Counted from the first letter of the stretch, positions 1 to 10,223 are shown. The stretch is 64,000 bases of DNA from Daejeonella sp. (GCF_044348475.1 NZ_JBIKSU010000004.1:7602-71601); one strand, 5' to 3'. A program made the numbers and translations. The notes: generated by a model from the letters alone, not told the origin.

Positions 1-204
1 TACACGCTTACTGAACATCACATCAGATTCTCTTAAACCTGCATACGGAGATACCCTGGAGTTCAGGATATTTGTTTTTTGATAAAACCCATCAAGTGGC
101 CTCTCAGCTGCTTTTGGCTTTGTACTATTAGTTAAATTTGGAGCCTGTGCACTCAGACGCAGAGTACCAGCTATAAGGATCAAGGCAAAAATTATCTTTT
201 TCAT
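1..204 (-). CDS. gldN: GldN, gliding motility/T9SS core protein (N-terminal 68 codons only; the gene runs off the window start)
   Basis: ATG at 204-202, 5 nt after the gldM stop. My translation is MKKIIFALILIAGTLRLSAQAPNLTNSTKPKAAERPLDGFYQKTNILNSRVSPYAGLRESDVMFSKRV. It has a signal peptide and the conserved GldN N-terminal PLDG.Y / R.sDV motifs. It sits at the expected position after gldK-L-M. It is absent from the ORF track because it is truncated by the window edge. Confidence 0.8.
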   Translation of the reverse strand, partial: MKKIIFALILIAGTLRLSAQAPNLTNSTKPKAAERPLDGFYQKTNILNSRVSPYAGLRESDVMFSKRV

Positions 205-209
205 ACCAA

Positions 210-1742
210 TTAATTCGCTTTAAAGGCCATTGGATCAAGCTGCCTTTGAGTCCCATCAGGACCCACAGCAACAATATCATCAAAAATTACACGGGTTCCA
301 GGAGTTACCGCGGCAATTGCAGCACGCATTTGCGGGCTAAAAGTATTCCCTGTAGCTTGTAGCACTACAACGTCTGCACGTGGCCTGGCAATAACCAAAC
401 TAAATCTGGTTACATCAAATTTAGCATCAAAATCAAATTGATCAAGGATAGCAAAAATTGATGCTTGTGATTTTATTATAACAGAACTCAGGCTTCCACC
501 TGTTTTACCGGCAAATTTCGCTTTTGGATCAGGTATACGCTTAACACGAAAATCACTAATGCCAATATTTTGAACTTTACCATTAATAGTTGCTGAGACA
601 TTTACTTTAGCAACAGAGCCTGGCGAAGTAACATTAACCGTATACTTACCATTAGACCCAGAAATAGAACCACCGCTGATTGTTACAGATAAATTCTCTT
701 TAGGAATACCCGGTGCAGATACAGAAACAGGGTTAGGCACTCCTACATAAAACACATTCATCTTGTCAGGTGAAACTACCACAGACGGTCGGGCTACCTG
801 ATATTTTTGTTCCGGAGTGGTATAAGTTTTTATAGAACCATCTGTTTGCTTTACACGAACAGTACCTGTCCAGCTAAAAATACCTTCTTTACCCGTATTA
901 ACAGTATAGGTACCTTTACCTTCTTTTATTTGAAGTCTAGACCCTCCAACTGTAATATCCGGACTAGATTTTGAATCGGATGCAGTCAAGAAAACTTCAG
1001 CAGTATAAGGCTGACCCATAATTAAATAGGATGTTGGAGCAACTGCCACAGCTGAAAATTGATCCAGATTGACAACTGCAATATCCATTTTGCCAAGAAT
1101 CCGTTTCACCACTTCAGATTCGGCATTCTTAGTATCTGCCTGTATTTTTGCTAATGCTGTAATTGCAGCTGTGAGCGGAATACCATCTCCAAAATTAGAC
1201 TGTTCCCAACTTCTTGTAATACCACCACGACTTGGGGGATCTTTAGCTTCTAATGAAAAGCTGACGCTTTTTCGCTCTTTTTCATCAAGAAGTCCAAGTA
1301 ATTTACTACGGGTATCGTTTATCTTTTTCTTAAGCTTAGAAGCACGATTATCATTGATCATTAAGCGAGGAGAAATATCAAGATTATCTCTCTTGCTGAT
1401 GTCTCCAGTTGACTCATCGTAACCTCCACCTTCTTGTTCAAAAAGCTTTTTCAAATCTGCTACATAGATGTCTAGTTCATTGGTGTATGAACTAGCCAGT
1501 TTAGCCTTATCATAAATAGGTTTAGCCCTAACAGGTTCATCTTTGAGCTTAGTGGCCTCAAATGAAGCATAGGTTGCTTCAACACCGCTTTGAACATTTT
1601 GGGTTGAAGCGTTAAGACTATCTGTTAAATTTTTGAAAGCTTCTAAAATTGAATCACTGACATTCAGCGCTACTAAACCTAATAAAACAAGGTACAGTAT
1701 TCCAATCATTTTCTGCCTTGGGGTTTGTTTACCTCCAGCCAT
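210..1742 (-). CDS. gldM: GldM, gliding motility/T9SS core protein
   Basis: 510-aa ORF. The N-terminus MAGGKQTPRQKMIGILYLVLLGLVALNVS is the characteristic GldM start with a single TM helix. It lies between gldL and gldN. Confidence 0.92.
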   Translation of the reverse strand: MAGGKQTPRQKMIGILYLVLLGLVALNVSDSILEAFKNLTDSLNASTQNVQSGVEATYASFEATKLKDEPVRAKPIYDKAKLASSYTNELDIYVADLKKLFEQEGGGYDESTGDISKRDNLDISPRLMINDNRASKLKKKINDTRSKLLGLLDEKERKSVSFSLEAKDPPSRGGITRSWEQSNFGDGIPLTAAITALAKIQADTKNAESEVVKRILGKMDIAVVNLDQFSAVAVAPTSYLIMGQPYTAEVFLTASDSKSSPDITVGGSRLQIKEGKGTYTVNTGKEGIFSWTGTVRVKQTDGSIKTYTTPEQKYQVARPSVVVSPDKMNVFYVGVPNPVSVSAPGIPKENLSVTISGGSISGSNGKYTVNVTSPGSVAKVNVSATINGKVQNIGISDFRVKRIPDPKAKFAGKTGGSLSSVIIKSQASIFAILDQFDFDAKFDVTRFSLVIARPRADVVVLQATGNTFSPQMRAAIAAVTPGTRVIFDDIVAVGPDGTQRQLDPMAFKAN

Positions 1743-1787
1743 GCAATTTTATTTAAAAATTTTAGATTTATAATACTTATACAACAG

Positions 1788-2582
1788 TTAAGATCTATTA
1801 GGCTGATTCATTGCTGACAACATATTTCCATAAATAGCATTTAGGGATGATAGGTTCTTAGCTAACTTACTTACTTCCTCTTTGAACTGTTTAGAATCTT
1901 CCATCGATTCATTGAAATTTTGCATGGTCAATGAAAGATTCTGATAGAATTTATTCATCGACTTTAAATGAGCGCTAGAATCTTGCAATTCTAATTCATA
2001 AACTGCATTTAATGCAGAAATATTTTTAGCTAGTGCGTTTATCTGATCGTGATAAGCCTTTGAATCAATATTTGTATTAGCCATTTCTCTTAGGCTAGAT
2101 GTAGCATTTTCAAACGCTTGATTTAGATTATCAAAACTTCCAGAAGCAGTTTTTACTTTTGAAGCTAGTTCAGTTGTAGCACTTGCAGTATCGGCTATGC
2201 CTGATATTGCAGATACCTTATCTCCAAATGTGCGTAAACCGAGCCCAAGACTTTCGATAAGTTCAGGACCAATTTTAGCTTCTGTTAGCATTTGATCTAG
2301 TGCAGCAGTTGACGATTTTGAACCAGTTCCGCTTGAACGGGAAACTTCTCCTTGAAAATCCTCTTCAAGTTCGGGATATACCTTTGTCCAATCTGGATCT
2401 ACGGGTTCTGACTGAAAACCCAAAACAAAAAATAAAATTGCTTCGGTTATCAAACCTATTGCAATCATATATTCGCCACCCTTCCAATGCAAAATCTTGA
2501 ACATCAAACCAATGATTACAATGGAAGCACCCCAGGAAATTAAGGAGTTAAGACCTAGTTTGAATTTTTTCTTTTGAGCCAT
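1788..2582 (-). CDS. gldL: GldL, gliding motility/T9SS core protein
   Basis: 264-aa ORF with two N-terminal TM helices (WGASIVIIGLMFKILHW / IAIGLITEAILFFVLGF) followed by a coiled-coil-like cytoplasmic region. It sits in the gldK-L-M-N order. Confidence 0.9.
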   Translation of the reverse strand: MAQKKKFKLGLNSLISWGASIVIIGLMFKILHWKGGEYMIAIGLITEAILFFVLGFQSEPVDPDWTKVYPELEEDFQGEVSRSSGTGSKSSTAALDQMLTEAKIGPELIESLGLGLRTFGDKVSAISGIADTASATTELASKVKTASGSFDNLNQAFENATSSLREMANTNIDSKAYHDQINALAKNISALNAVYELELQDSSAHLKSMNKFYQNLSLTMQNFNESMEDSKQFKEEVSKLAKNLSSLNAIYGNMLSAMNQPNRS

Positions 2583-2619
2583 AATACTAGTTAAGAATAA
2601 TTTAAGGAAAATTTAAATT

Positions 2620-3954
2620 TTAGCGCCTGTCTTTGATGTCACGACCCTGATATTTTGTGATGCAACGAAATCCGATATAAGATTTTGAAGTATCCTGATA
2701 TTCAAAGCTACTTGCTGAATTTTGCAGGAAGTAACCTATATCTTTCCATGAACCACCGCGAACAACTTTACGTTTCAAAACTTCAGGATCATCTGATTTA
2801 GATTCATAGCTAAATGTTGGGTTTAACTCATGGGTGAATGCTGATGATGACTCGTCAAATGCAGATGAAGTCCATTCTGCAACATTCCCCGCCATATTAT
2901 ACAAACCATAATCATTCGGATAATACGCTTTTACGTTAACAGTGAATGATCCACCATCATCAATATAATTACCACGGCCTGGCTTAAAGTTAGCCATCAA
3001 ACAACCTTTTGCATTTCTTATGTATGGGCCACCCCATGGGAAAGTTGTACCAACCCTACCACCACGTGCAGCATATTCAAATTCTGCCTCTGTAGGAAGT
3101 TCATAATCGGCTCTCTTTGGAAGGCGGCGACTATCTTTATACGATTCATTAAAACGAGTTCTCCAAACTGTAAAAGCACGTGCCTGACGCCAGTTTACAC
3201 CCACTACAGGATAATTTGCATAGGCAGGATGTGAAAAATATCCCTTAACCATTGGCTCGTTCTGTGCATAAGCAAAGTCAGACAACCATACTAATGTATC
3301 CGGATAAACTCCAACAGTATCTCTTAGAATGAAATCAGAACGCTTTGAGGTTAGATTTTTTCGGCTATTGGCTGCATCTCTTAAATTCATGATGGCGAAA
3401 TTATATTTAAGCATTCTCACATCAATTTCATTCCGATCAAAAACCCTATCATCTCCTTGGTAATACATGGCCTGTAATTTCGCTCCGTTTGCTGATGTAC
3501 CTTTACCTTTCTTTCCACCCCATATAGCACTTCCGTTACCAACTTTCTTCCAGTCGATATATTTTTTACCTGCATCATTCGGGTCTACCTGTCCTTTTGG
3601 TTTAAGATAATACTGATCATCCTGAAGATAAGTAGAAATAGCAATTGAATCACGAACCCAGTTTACAAACTGACGGTATTCTTTATTGCTAATCTCAGTT
3701 TCATCCATGTAAAAAGCCTGAACAGTAACCTGCTTGTTCTGTGAAATTTGCGCAAAAGTTACATCTTGATCAGTCTGACCCATAATAAAGCTCCCGGCAG
3801 GAATGTAAACCATGCCATATGGAACCTCATTGTTTTTAAACTTCTTAGTTGCAACACCAACCAATTCCCCATTGCTTCCACCTTTACCACAGCTAGTTCC
3901 CATTATGACCAAAGCTGCAAGAGCGATAAAGTATATTTTTCTCATTTTAAACAA
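2620..3954 (-). CDS. gldK: GldK, T9SS lipoprotein with a formylglycine-generating-enzyme (sulfatase-modifying factor)-like domain
   Basis: 444-aa ORF with a lipoprotein signal (ALAALVIMGTSCGKGG). FGE-like motifs are present (YPVVGVNWRQARAF, RGGSW). It is the first gene of the gld operon. The start could instead be the ATG 9 nt downstream (MRKIYF). Confidence 0.9.
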   Translation of the reverse strand: MFKMRKIYFIALAALVIMGTSCGKGGSNGELVGVATKKFKNNEVPYGMVYIPAGSFIMGQTDQDVTFAQISQNKQVTVQAFYMDETEISNKEYRQFVNWVRDSIAISTYLQDDQYYLKPKGQVDPNDAGKKYIDWKKVGNGSAIWGGKKGKGTSANGAKLQAMYYQGDDRVFDRNEIDVRMLKYNFAIMNLRDAANSRKNLTSKRSDFILRDTVGVYPDTLVWLSDFAYAQNEPMVKGYFSHPAYANYPVVGVNWRQARAFTVWRTRFNESYKDSRRLPKRADYELPTEAEFEYAARGGRVGTTFPWGGPYIRNAKGCLMANFKPGRGNYIDDGGSFTVNVKAYYPNDYGLYNMAGNVAEWTSSAFDESSSAFTHELNPTFSYESKSDDPEVLKRKVVRGGSWKDIGYFLQNSASSFEYQDTSKSYIGFRCITKYQGRDIKDRR

Positions 3955-4219
3955 TCCCAGTTTAGCATTCCCTTAAAAAAATAAGTTCGAATATAATAAA
4001 ATTACATAATAGTATATACGATAAAAATAATCCAACTGCGTTCAAACAGAACATTTCTTATAAAAGCAAGCTTAAAACGCAATTAAATAATTATTATAAC
4101 GGCAAAATAAAGCATCTATTTTGGATGCGGCAAACTATTTTTACGATACATTCCAATTCATTAAAAGATCAGCAAAATTTCAAAATAAATTTTGTTAAAT
4201 TCTTCATTGGATCTGATTT

Positions 4220-4999
4220 TTACTTATTAACCTGTTTAATATATTGCTCTAACGCCATCGTCATACTCGGCGCTTCAGGTGTTGGTGCAGGTATATTCAT
4301 AACTAATTCATGCTCAAGAACTGCTTTGTGTGTACTAGCTCCAAAGGCAGCAATACGGGTAAAATTTTGTTTAAAATCAGGAAAATTGATAAATAAAGAA
4401 TGAATGCTGCTTGGACTAAAGAATGCAATCACATCATAAAACACCTCTGCTAAATCTGATAGATCACTGCAAACCGTATGGAATAACACGGCAGTTTTAA
4501 AATCATACCCGTTATCATTCAGGAATTTTTGAGTTTCTTCAGCTGCAACGTCAGAGCATGGGTATAGAAATTTCTCAGTTGTATGCTTTTTCAGGACCTC
4601 TGCAAGCTCGGCAGCAGTTTGTTTCCCAAAAAATATTTTTCTCTTTCTATATTGAATGTATTTTTGAAGGTAAAGCGCAATCGTTTCTGAAATACAAAAG
4701 TATTTCATATCGGCAGGTACATCAAAGCGCACTTCTTCACAAATTCTGAAGAAATGGTCGGCTGAATTTTTGCTGGTAAAAATAACAGCTGTAAAATCTG
4801 CCAAATTGATTTTTTCTTTCCTAAATTCTTTTGCAGGGACACCCTCAACATGAATAAAAGACCTAAAATCAATTTTTAGATTATATTTTTTTGCCAAATC
4901 AAAATATGGCGACTTTTCGGAATCCGGCTTTGGTAAGGTAACCAGGATGCTTTTTACTTTCCTTGGTTTCTCGGTTGAAGATACTTGCATATTTGTCAT
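4220..4999 (-). CDS. hemD: uroporphyrinogen-III synthase
   Basis: 259-aa ORF that resembles the Bacteroidota HemD family (ILVTLPKP...SPYFDLAKKYN...VIFTSKNSADHFF). It is followed by the usual DUF4271 neighbour. Confidence 0.75.
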   Translation of the reverse strand: MTNMQVSSTEKPRKVKSILVTLPKPDSEKSPYFDLAKKYNLKIDFRSFIHVEGVPAKEFRKEKINLADFTAVIFTSKNSADHFFRICEEVRFDVPADMKYFCISETIALYLQKYIQYRKRKIFFGKQTAAELAEVLKKHTTEKFLYPCSDVAAEETQKFLNDNGYDFKTAVLFHTVCSDLSDLAEVFYDVIAFFSPSSIHSLFINFPDFKQNFTRIAAFGASTHKAVLEHELVMNIPAPTPEAPSMTMALEQYIKQVNK

Positions 5000-5004
5000 G
5001 GGGC

Positions 5005-5991
5005 TTAATACCCAAGTGCTTTAAATAAGATTATTAAAGGACAGAATTCGAGGGCACAAAGATAAATAATTAAATAAACTTTAGGAAACTTGTAATTAGA
5101 TAAAATATTAGCCCCCGCCCGAAGAAACTGGAGGAGGAAAATTAGTATGATCATTGCTAATCCAATATAGCTGTAAATAATTGCAAATCGATAACTTGTT
5201 AAGCTAAAAGCAATTATTACGGGTAGAAATAGAATAGCGGCATTGAAATAGCTAAGGTATAAAACAGATACGTACTCTCTGACCAAACGCTTTACATCGA
5301 ATAGAAATCCCAATATCCGCAAGACTATGATTTTTAGTGTGAACAAGCCAACAACTACCGCCGATAAGTAAATAAACAATTCAAATCCTTGAGCTGGATA
5401 AGAAATTTCTAAATATTTCCCAGATAAATAAAGGTATAGGCCAGTGGTCAAACCAAATAAAAGATAGAGAAATATAAATGGCCAAGAACTAAATAAAGTA
5501 TCTTCCTTATTAACCTTACCTAAAGCCTGATTACTATAAAAGGCATATACGATAGTGTTTAGCTCTGAAGGAAAAAAGAACCTGATTACCGCAAAAAATA
5601 AAACAAGAAATAAAACTACTGCAATGACCCAGGTTTCTCTGAATGGCCTTGGGATACCTGCGTCATGCCTGACAGATTTCTTTTGAAATTTACCTGCCCA
5701 GGAATGAAAATCAAGATTGTCAACTTTATAGAGTGAAATAAGGCTATCCAAAAAACGATTAGGCCTACCAGGATCAGGTGCCTTTATCCAAACAGTAGAA
5801 AGGGAATCTTTAAAAGCGTTTACTGAATCTGTAAAGTTTTGCCTCTGCGCCACAGTAACTGAATCCAGGGGTCTGTTGTACTCCGGAACATTCAGCTTCC
5901 TGAAATTTGATCTGCTGCTGTCACTCTGAGCAAAAACAAATGGATTAATTAAGAATACTATCAGTATTAAACCGAAAAATCGCTTAATCAT
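5005..5991 (-). CDS. DUF4271-like polytopic membrane protein
   Basis: 328-aa ORF with a signal peptide and multiple C-terminal TM helices. Its stop is 5 nt upstream of the hemD start codon, an arrangement recurrent in Bacteroidota. Confidence 0.6.
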   Translation of the reverse strand: MIKRFFGLILIVFLINPFVFAQSDSSRSNFRKLNVPEYNRPLDSVTVAQRQNFTDSVNAFKDSLSTVWIKAPDPGRPNRFLDSLISLYKVDNLDFHSWAGKFQKKSVRHDAGIPRPFRETWVIAVVLFLVLFFAVIRFFFPSELNTIVYAFYSNQALGKVNKEDTLFSSWPFIFLYLLFGLTTGLYLYLSGKYLEISYPAQGFELFIYLSAVVVGLFTLKIIVLRILGFLFDVKRLVREYVSVLYLSYFNAAILFLPVIIAFSLTSYRFAIIYSYIGLAMIILIFLLQFLRAGANILSNYKFPKVYLIIYLCALEFCPLIILFKALGY

Positions 5992-6135
5992 CCTTGGCTA
6001 AAATCCATAAAACCGAAAAACTCCATTCTCTCAAATTTCCACTTTTTTATTTTTGTTTCCTAAAATCTTTTTGAATTAAAAATTTGAATACAATTATTGA
6101 TATCACAATGAATTGATTTTTAAAAGAAAATGGAA

Positions 6136-6202
6136 ATTCTATATAGAATGGATAAAAAAGAATATTATTCTTTAAATTAAATATAAATTTGAATATTATT
6201 CT
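6136..6202. promoter_or_regulatory. Candidate Lrp/AsnC operator cluster upstream of the regulator gene
   Basis: Perfect 14-bp palindrome ATTCTATATAGAAT (6136-6149). Palindrome AAGAATA-T-TATTCTT (6158-6172), whose core AGAATATTATTCT fits the E. coli Lrp consensus AGHAWATTWTDCT as I recall it. GAATATTATTCT recurs at 6191-6202, 31 bp from the copy at 6160-6171. Confidence 0.35.
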
Positions 6203-6225
6203 ATTTTTATTAGTTTTAAAGAACA

Positions 6226-6702
6226 ATGCATCATAAAGAGTACTTATCTGATAAAATTGATCTCGAAATTCTAAGCCTAATGCAGGAAAATTCGAGGATA
6301 TCCAATGTTGATATTGCGCGCGTTTTAAATATGGCCCCATCTGCAGTGTTCGAGAGGGTCAAAAAATTAGAACAAAAGAAAATTATACTACACTATACAA
6401 CCCGGCTAAATCCGGCTGCATTAAATCAAACCCTTATTGCTTTTGTTTACATTCAGGTTAACAAAGGAATAGGAAACAAAGATACTGGCATTGAACTTGC
6501 AAAAATTGCAGGGGTACAAGAAGTTCATCAAATTGCAGGCGATCATTCTTTTCTTGTAAAAATACGCACAGCTGATTCAGCATCTCTTTTAGAAATGATG
6601 CGAAACAACTTGAGTAAAATTCCTGATATTACGATCTCTAAAACCAGTATTGTTCTTGAAACCACTAAAGAAGAACAGCAACTATTAATCCCTAAAAAAT
6701 AA
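6226..6702 (+). CDS. Lrp/AsnC family transcriptional regulator
   Basis: 158-aa ORF with an N-terminal HTH (DLEILSLMQENSRISNVDIARVLNMAPSAVFERVKKLE) and a C-terminal RAM/AsnC_trans_reg-like domain. Confidence 0.88.
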   Translation: MHHKEYLSDKIDLEILSLMQENSRISNVDIARVLNMAPSAVFERVKKLEQKKIILHYTTRLNPAALNQTLIAFVYIQVNKGIGNKDTGIELAKIAGVQEVHQIAGDHSFLVKIRTADSASLLEMMRNNLSKIPDITISKTSIVLETTKEEQQLLIPKK

Positions 6703-7662
6703 ATGTCTGCCTCAGAAACCAAATCCGCATCACCAATACTGGTAATTCTTGCATTTGCAATTGTTTATCTTGTTTGGGGCTCAACCTATTTATTTATTCA
6801 GATTGCCGTAAAGGGGTTTCCGCCATTTATTTTGGGTGCCTTTCGTTTTATTTTAGCAGGCTTGATCATGGCAATATGGTGTATTATAAAAGGCGAAAAA
6901 CTAGTTGGTATCAAGGGCATCAAACACGCAGCTTTCAGTGGGATATTACTTCTGTTTTTTGGAACCGGAATTGTTATTTGGGTGGAACAAAGCATGCCAA
7001 GTGCCATGGTTGCCATTACAGTTTCATCTGCACCTTTATGGTTTGTATTACTTGACAAACCTAAATGGTCTGAAAATTTCAAAAGTAAATCGATTATTGC
7101 CGGAATGCTTATTGGACTGGCAGGGGTGATTTTACTCTTTAGTGAACAAATTTCACAGATTTTTTCAGTACCAGAAAGCACTCCTGTAAAAATGAGCAGT
7201 ATGATACTATTGCTATTTGCTGCCATTACCTGGGCAGGGGGGTCACTCTATTCAAAATACAGATCTGCAGAAGGGCCGATCATTGTTTCAACAACCTGGC
7301 AAATTATGGCTGCAGGAATTGCCTTTATTCCAGGTATTTTCATTCGCGATGAATTCAGTTCATTTCAATGGCGAGAAGTGCCGTCCGATTCATGGTTCGC
7401 ACTTGCTTATCTGGTAAGCATGGGTTCTATCGCTGGCTTTAGCGCGTATGTATGGTTACTACAGGTACGAACTGCCATGCAGGTTAGTACACACTCGTAT
7501 GTAAACCCTGTTGTAGCTGTGCTTCTTGGAGTATTTTTTGCAAATGAAAAAATTACTGGTATCCAGATCGCAGGGCTTTTCATTATCCTGGGAAGTGTGT
7601 TCCTGATTAATATGGCTAAGTATCGAAGAGAAAAATTAGCCGAAAGAGTTAGAAATTCCTAG
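6703..7662 (+). CDS. EamA/DMT family transporter
   Basis: 319-aa ORF with about 10 TM helices and the two-EamA-repeat architecture. Its ATG directly follows the regulator's TAA, so the two are probably one operon. Confidence 0.85.
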   Translation: MSASETKSASPILVILAFAIVYLVWGSTYLFIQIAVKGFPPFILGAFRFILAGLIMAIWCIIKGEKLVGIKGIKHAAFSGILLLFFGTGIVIWVEQSMPSAMVAITVSSAPLWFVLLDKPKWSENFKSKSIIAGMLIGLAGVILLFSEQISQIFSVPESTPVKMSSMILLLFAAITWAGGSLYSKYRSAEGPIIVSTTWQIMAAGIAFIPGIFIRDEFSSFQWREVPSDSWFALAYLVSMGSIAGFSAYVWLLQVRTAMQVSTHSYVNPVVAVLLGVFFANEKITGIQIAGLFIILGSVFLINMAKYRREKLAERVRNS

Positions 7663-7675
7663 CTATTGCAATTAA

Positions 7676-7705
7676 TTGGCTCTGCCGGTATTTGTTGTAG
7701 ATTTG
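7676..7705 (+). promoter_or_regulatory. Candidate Bacteroidota sigma-A promoter (-33 TTG / -7 TAnnTTTG) for hemW
   Basis: TAGATTTG at 7698-7705 matches the -7 consensus TAnnTTTG. A TTG lies at 7676-7678, 19 nt upstream. The ATG at 7710 would give a leaderless or very short 5' UTR. This is a motif match only. Confidence 0.3.
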
Positions 7706-7709
7706 CACC

Positions 7710-8840
7710 ATGGCCGGAATTTATCTCCACATCCCTTTCTGTAAAAAAGCCTGTCACTATTGCGATTTCCATTTCAGCACATCGCCACAGTACAAAGACC
7801 AAATGCTCCAGGCATTAAGTCAAGAAATAGACTTAAGAAAAAATTATTTAGCCGGAGAAACGATAGAAACGATTTATTTTGGCGGCGGTACACCATCATT
7901 ACTCAGCGCCGATGAGATACAAATCCTAATTGGAGCAATAACTGACCTGTATGAAGTTTCTCCTCAAGCTGAAATTACCCTAGAAGCAAATCCAGATGAC
8001 CTGAATCCTCAAAAAGTGAGAGAATTTCGGCAAACCCTGATCAATCGTTTCAGCATTGGTATACAATCATTTTTTGAAGAAGACCTAAAATGGATGAATA
8101 GAGCCCATACCGCTCGTGAAGCCCAAGGCTCCATCAAAAGAGTTCAGGATGCAGGTTTTGAAAATATTACAGCTGATCTGATCTATGGGTTTCCACTGCT
8201 TAGCAAACCCAAATGGGAACATAATATTCAGCAGCTCATTGAATTAGATATACCTCATATTTCTTCTTATTCCATGACGGTAGAACCTGCAACAGCCTTG
8301 TCATCGTTTATTAAAAAAGGCGAGCAAAAGCCAATGGATGAAGGCCAAAGCACTACTCAGTTTCTTATTCTAATGGAACAACTTACAGAAGCAGGTTTCG
8401 AACATTACGAAATTTCAAACTTCGCAAAACCGGGTTTGTACTCTAAGCATAATTCAAACTATTGGGAAGGGGTGTCATATCTGGGCATAGGGCCTTCAGC
8501 ACATTCGTTCAATGGTGAAAGCCGGCAATGGAATGTTTCAAATAATTCCAAATACATTGACCAGATACAGCTGAAAAAAATACCGGCAGAAATGGAAGTG
8601 TTGAGTACCGAAAACCGCATCAATGAATATATAATGACTTCATTGCGCACAAGTAAGGGAATGAGTTTACAAAAAATTACTGAACACTTTGGCTCTGACT
8701 ATTCAAAAGAAGTAAGAAATGGTTTGGAACCTTTTGCCGATAAAAATTGGATTAATTTAAATGATCAGATCGTAACTTTAACAACAGATGGGAAACTCTT
8801 TGCTGACCATATTGCCTCAGAACTATTTATAAATACCTAA
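7710..8840 (+). CDS. hemW: radical SAM heme chaperone HemW (oxygen-independent coproporphyrinogen-III oxidase-like)
   Basis: 376-aa ORF. The N-terminus YLHIPFCKKACHYCDF carries the CxxxCxxC radical-SAM motif, and the HemN_C-like tail is present. Confidence 0.88.
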   Translation: MAGIYLHIPFCKKACHYCDFHFSTSPQYKDQMLQALSQEIDLRKNYLAGETIETIYFGGGTPSLLSADEIQILIGAITDLYEVSPQAEITLEANPDDLNPQKVREFRQTLINRFSIGIQSFFEEDLKWMNRAHTAREAQGSIKRVQDAGFENITADLIYGFPLLSKPKWEHNIQQLIELDIPHISSYSMTVEPATALSSFIKKGEQKPMDEGQSTTQFLILMEQLTEAGFEHYEISNFAKPGLYSKHNSNYWEGVSYLGIGPSAHSFNGESRQWNVSNNSKYIDQIQLKKIPAEMEVLSTENRINEYIMTSLRTSKGMSLQKITEHFGSDYSKEVRNGLEPFADKNWINLNDQIVTLTTDGKLFADHIASELFINT

Positions 8841-8845
8841 ATTCT

Positions 8846-9637
8846 ATGGATATCAGGAACAAAGTTATTTGGATAACAGGTGCATCAAGCGGAATAGGTG
8901 AAGCACTAGCTTATAAACTTAATGAACTAGGAGCCAAACTCATCCTCTCATCCAGAAACAGAGAGTCTTTATATGTGGTAAAAAGTAAATGCAAGATCAA
9001 TCAACTTGATATACATATACTTCCACTCGACCTTGAAAACACCGATTCCTTAAAAGAAGTGACTGCTTCTGCAATCAAAATATTTAATAGAGTTGATCTA
9101 ATTATCCATTCTGGAGGTGTTAGCCAGCGTTCACTTGCGCTAGAAACTGATCTGAATGTTGCACAAAGGATTATGAACATCAATTTTTGGGGAACTGTAG
9201 CACTTACCCAGAGTATTTTACCATTTATGTTATCCAATAATACCGGTCATATTGTTGTAATCAGTAGTCTGGTTGGGAAATTCGGAACAAAATTTCGTTC
9301 GGCATACTCGGCCTCTAAGCATGCTCTACATGGCTATTTCGATTCATTAAGAACAGAAATAGACCCTAAAATAAAGATTAGTATTATTTGCCCAGGTTTC
9401 ATTAAAACCAATGTCACCATCAATGCTTTAACCGCAGATGGAACAAAACAAAATAGTATGGATGATGCCCAAGCCAATGGCATGCCAGCAGAGCTATGTG
9501 CCTTAGAAATAATAAAGGCTATTCAAGCAGAAAAAGAAGAAGTTTATGTAGGCGGAAAAGAAAAATACGCCGTACTGCTAAAAAGATTTCTGCCAGGCCT
9601 ATTCTCTAAAATTGTACGTAAAGCCAAGGTTACCTGA
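8846..9637 (+). CDS. SDR family oxidoreductase
   Basis: 263-aa ORF with the TGASSGIG cofactor motif and the YSASK catalytic motif. Confidence 0.88.
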   Translation: MDIRNKVIWITGASSGIGEALAYKLNELGAKLILSSRNRESLYVVKSKCKINQLDIHILPLDLENTDSLKEVTASAIKIFNRVDLIIHSGGVSQRSLALETDLNVAQRIMNINFWGTVALTQSILPFMLSNNTGHIVVISSLVGKFGTKFRSAYSASKHALHGYFDSLRTEIDPKIKISIICPGFIKTNVTINALTADGTKQNSMDDAQANGMPAELCALEIIKAIQAEKEEVYVGGKEKYAVLLKRFLPGLFSKIVRKAKVT

Positions 9638-9641
9638 TCCA

Positions 9642-10067
9642 TTAACTTGAATGATCAGAAATTACCTTCCAATGGCCTTTGATCTTTTTCACAAGTAAGG
9701 TGAAAAACCCCTTGGGTTCATCCTTTTCTCTCTTTAAATGCCAGGCTCCAAGTACAAATGCATAATCTGTGGCTATCATTTTAATTTCTTTTATATCAAA
9801 ACTTAAATAACCCATAGCCGATTGGTTAGGATAACTCTTTTTATAATTTTCAAGGGTATTATTCCAACCATATTGAGGTCCGTTTTTTCCAACAAAAAGC
9901 AATGAATCTGACTGATTATAACCTTGCATATATTCATTTAAGTCTCCTCTGTTCCATGCCTGTCTTTGGTCTTCTAGTAGTTTAAGAATTAAGTCATTTT
10001 GGCTCCTTTGAGCATACAAATTGATAGCAAACACTAAGAATAACGAGGAGATAACTAGTTTTTTCAT
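9642..10067 (-). CDS. secreted NTF2/SnoaL-like (DUF4440-type) protein
   Basis: 141-aa ORF with a signal peptide (MKKLVISSLFLVFAINLYAQ). Size and pattern (W..GD...Y...Y..D...) are typical of DUF4440/NTF2-fold proteins. Confidence 0.55.
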   Translation of the reverse strand: MKKLVISSLFLVFAINLYAQRSQNDLILKLLEDQRQAWNRGDLNEYMQGYNQSDSLLFVGKNGPQYGWNNTLENYKKSYPNQSAMGYLSFDIKEIKMIATDYAFVLGAWHLKREKDEPKGFFTLLVKKIKGHWKVISDHSS

Positions 10068-10223
10068 GCCTAAAAATAAAGTTTTAAGAGAACATTTTTA
10101 AAGTATCTGAAAATAGAGTGTTCAAGCAAAATCTGCACAATCCTTTATTTGACACATCCTTAACATTAATAGCCGTTTAAACCTTTAACTTTAACCTTTC
10201 AAAAATCAAAGCAATCAGATCGG

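Noticed and set aside
4125-4403. 92-aa plus-strand ORF between gldK and hemD
   Set aside because: Most of it is antisense to the hemD 3' end and the rest is AT-rich intergenic DNA. No motifs are recognisable.
6047-6340. 97-aa minus-strand ORF spanning the DUF4271/Lrp intergenic region
   Set aside because: It lies in extremely AT-rich promoter DNA and gives a Phe/Ile/Lys/Asn-rich translation. It overlaps the start of the well-supported Lrp gene and is most likely non-coding.
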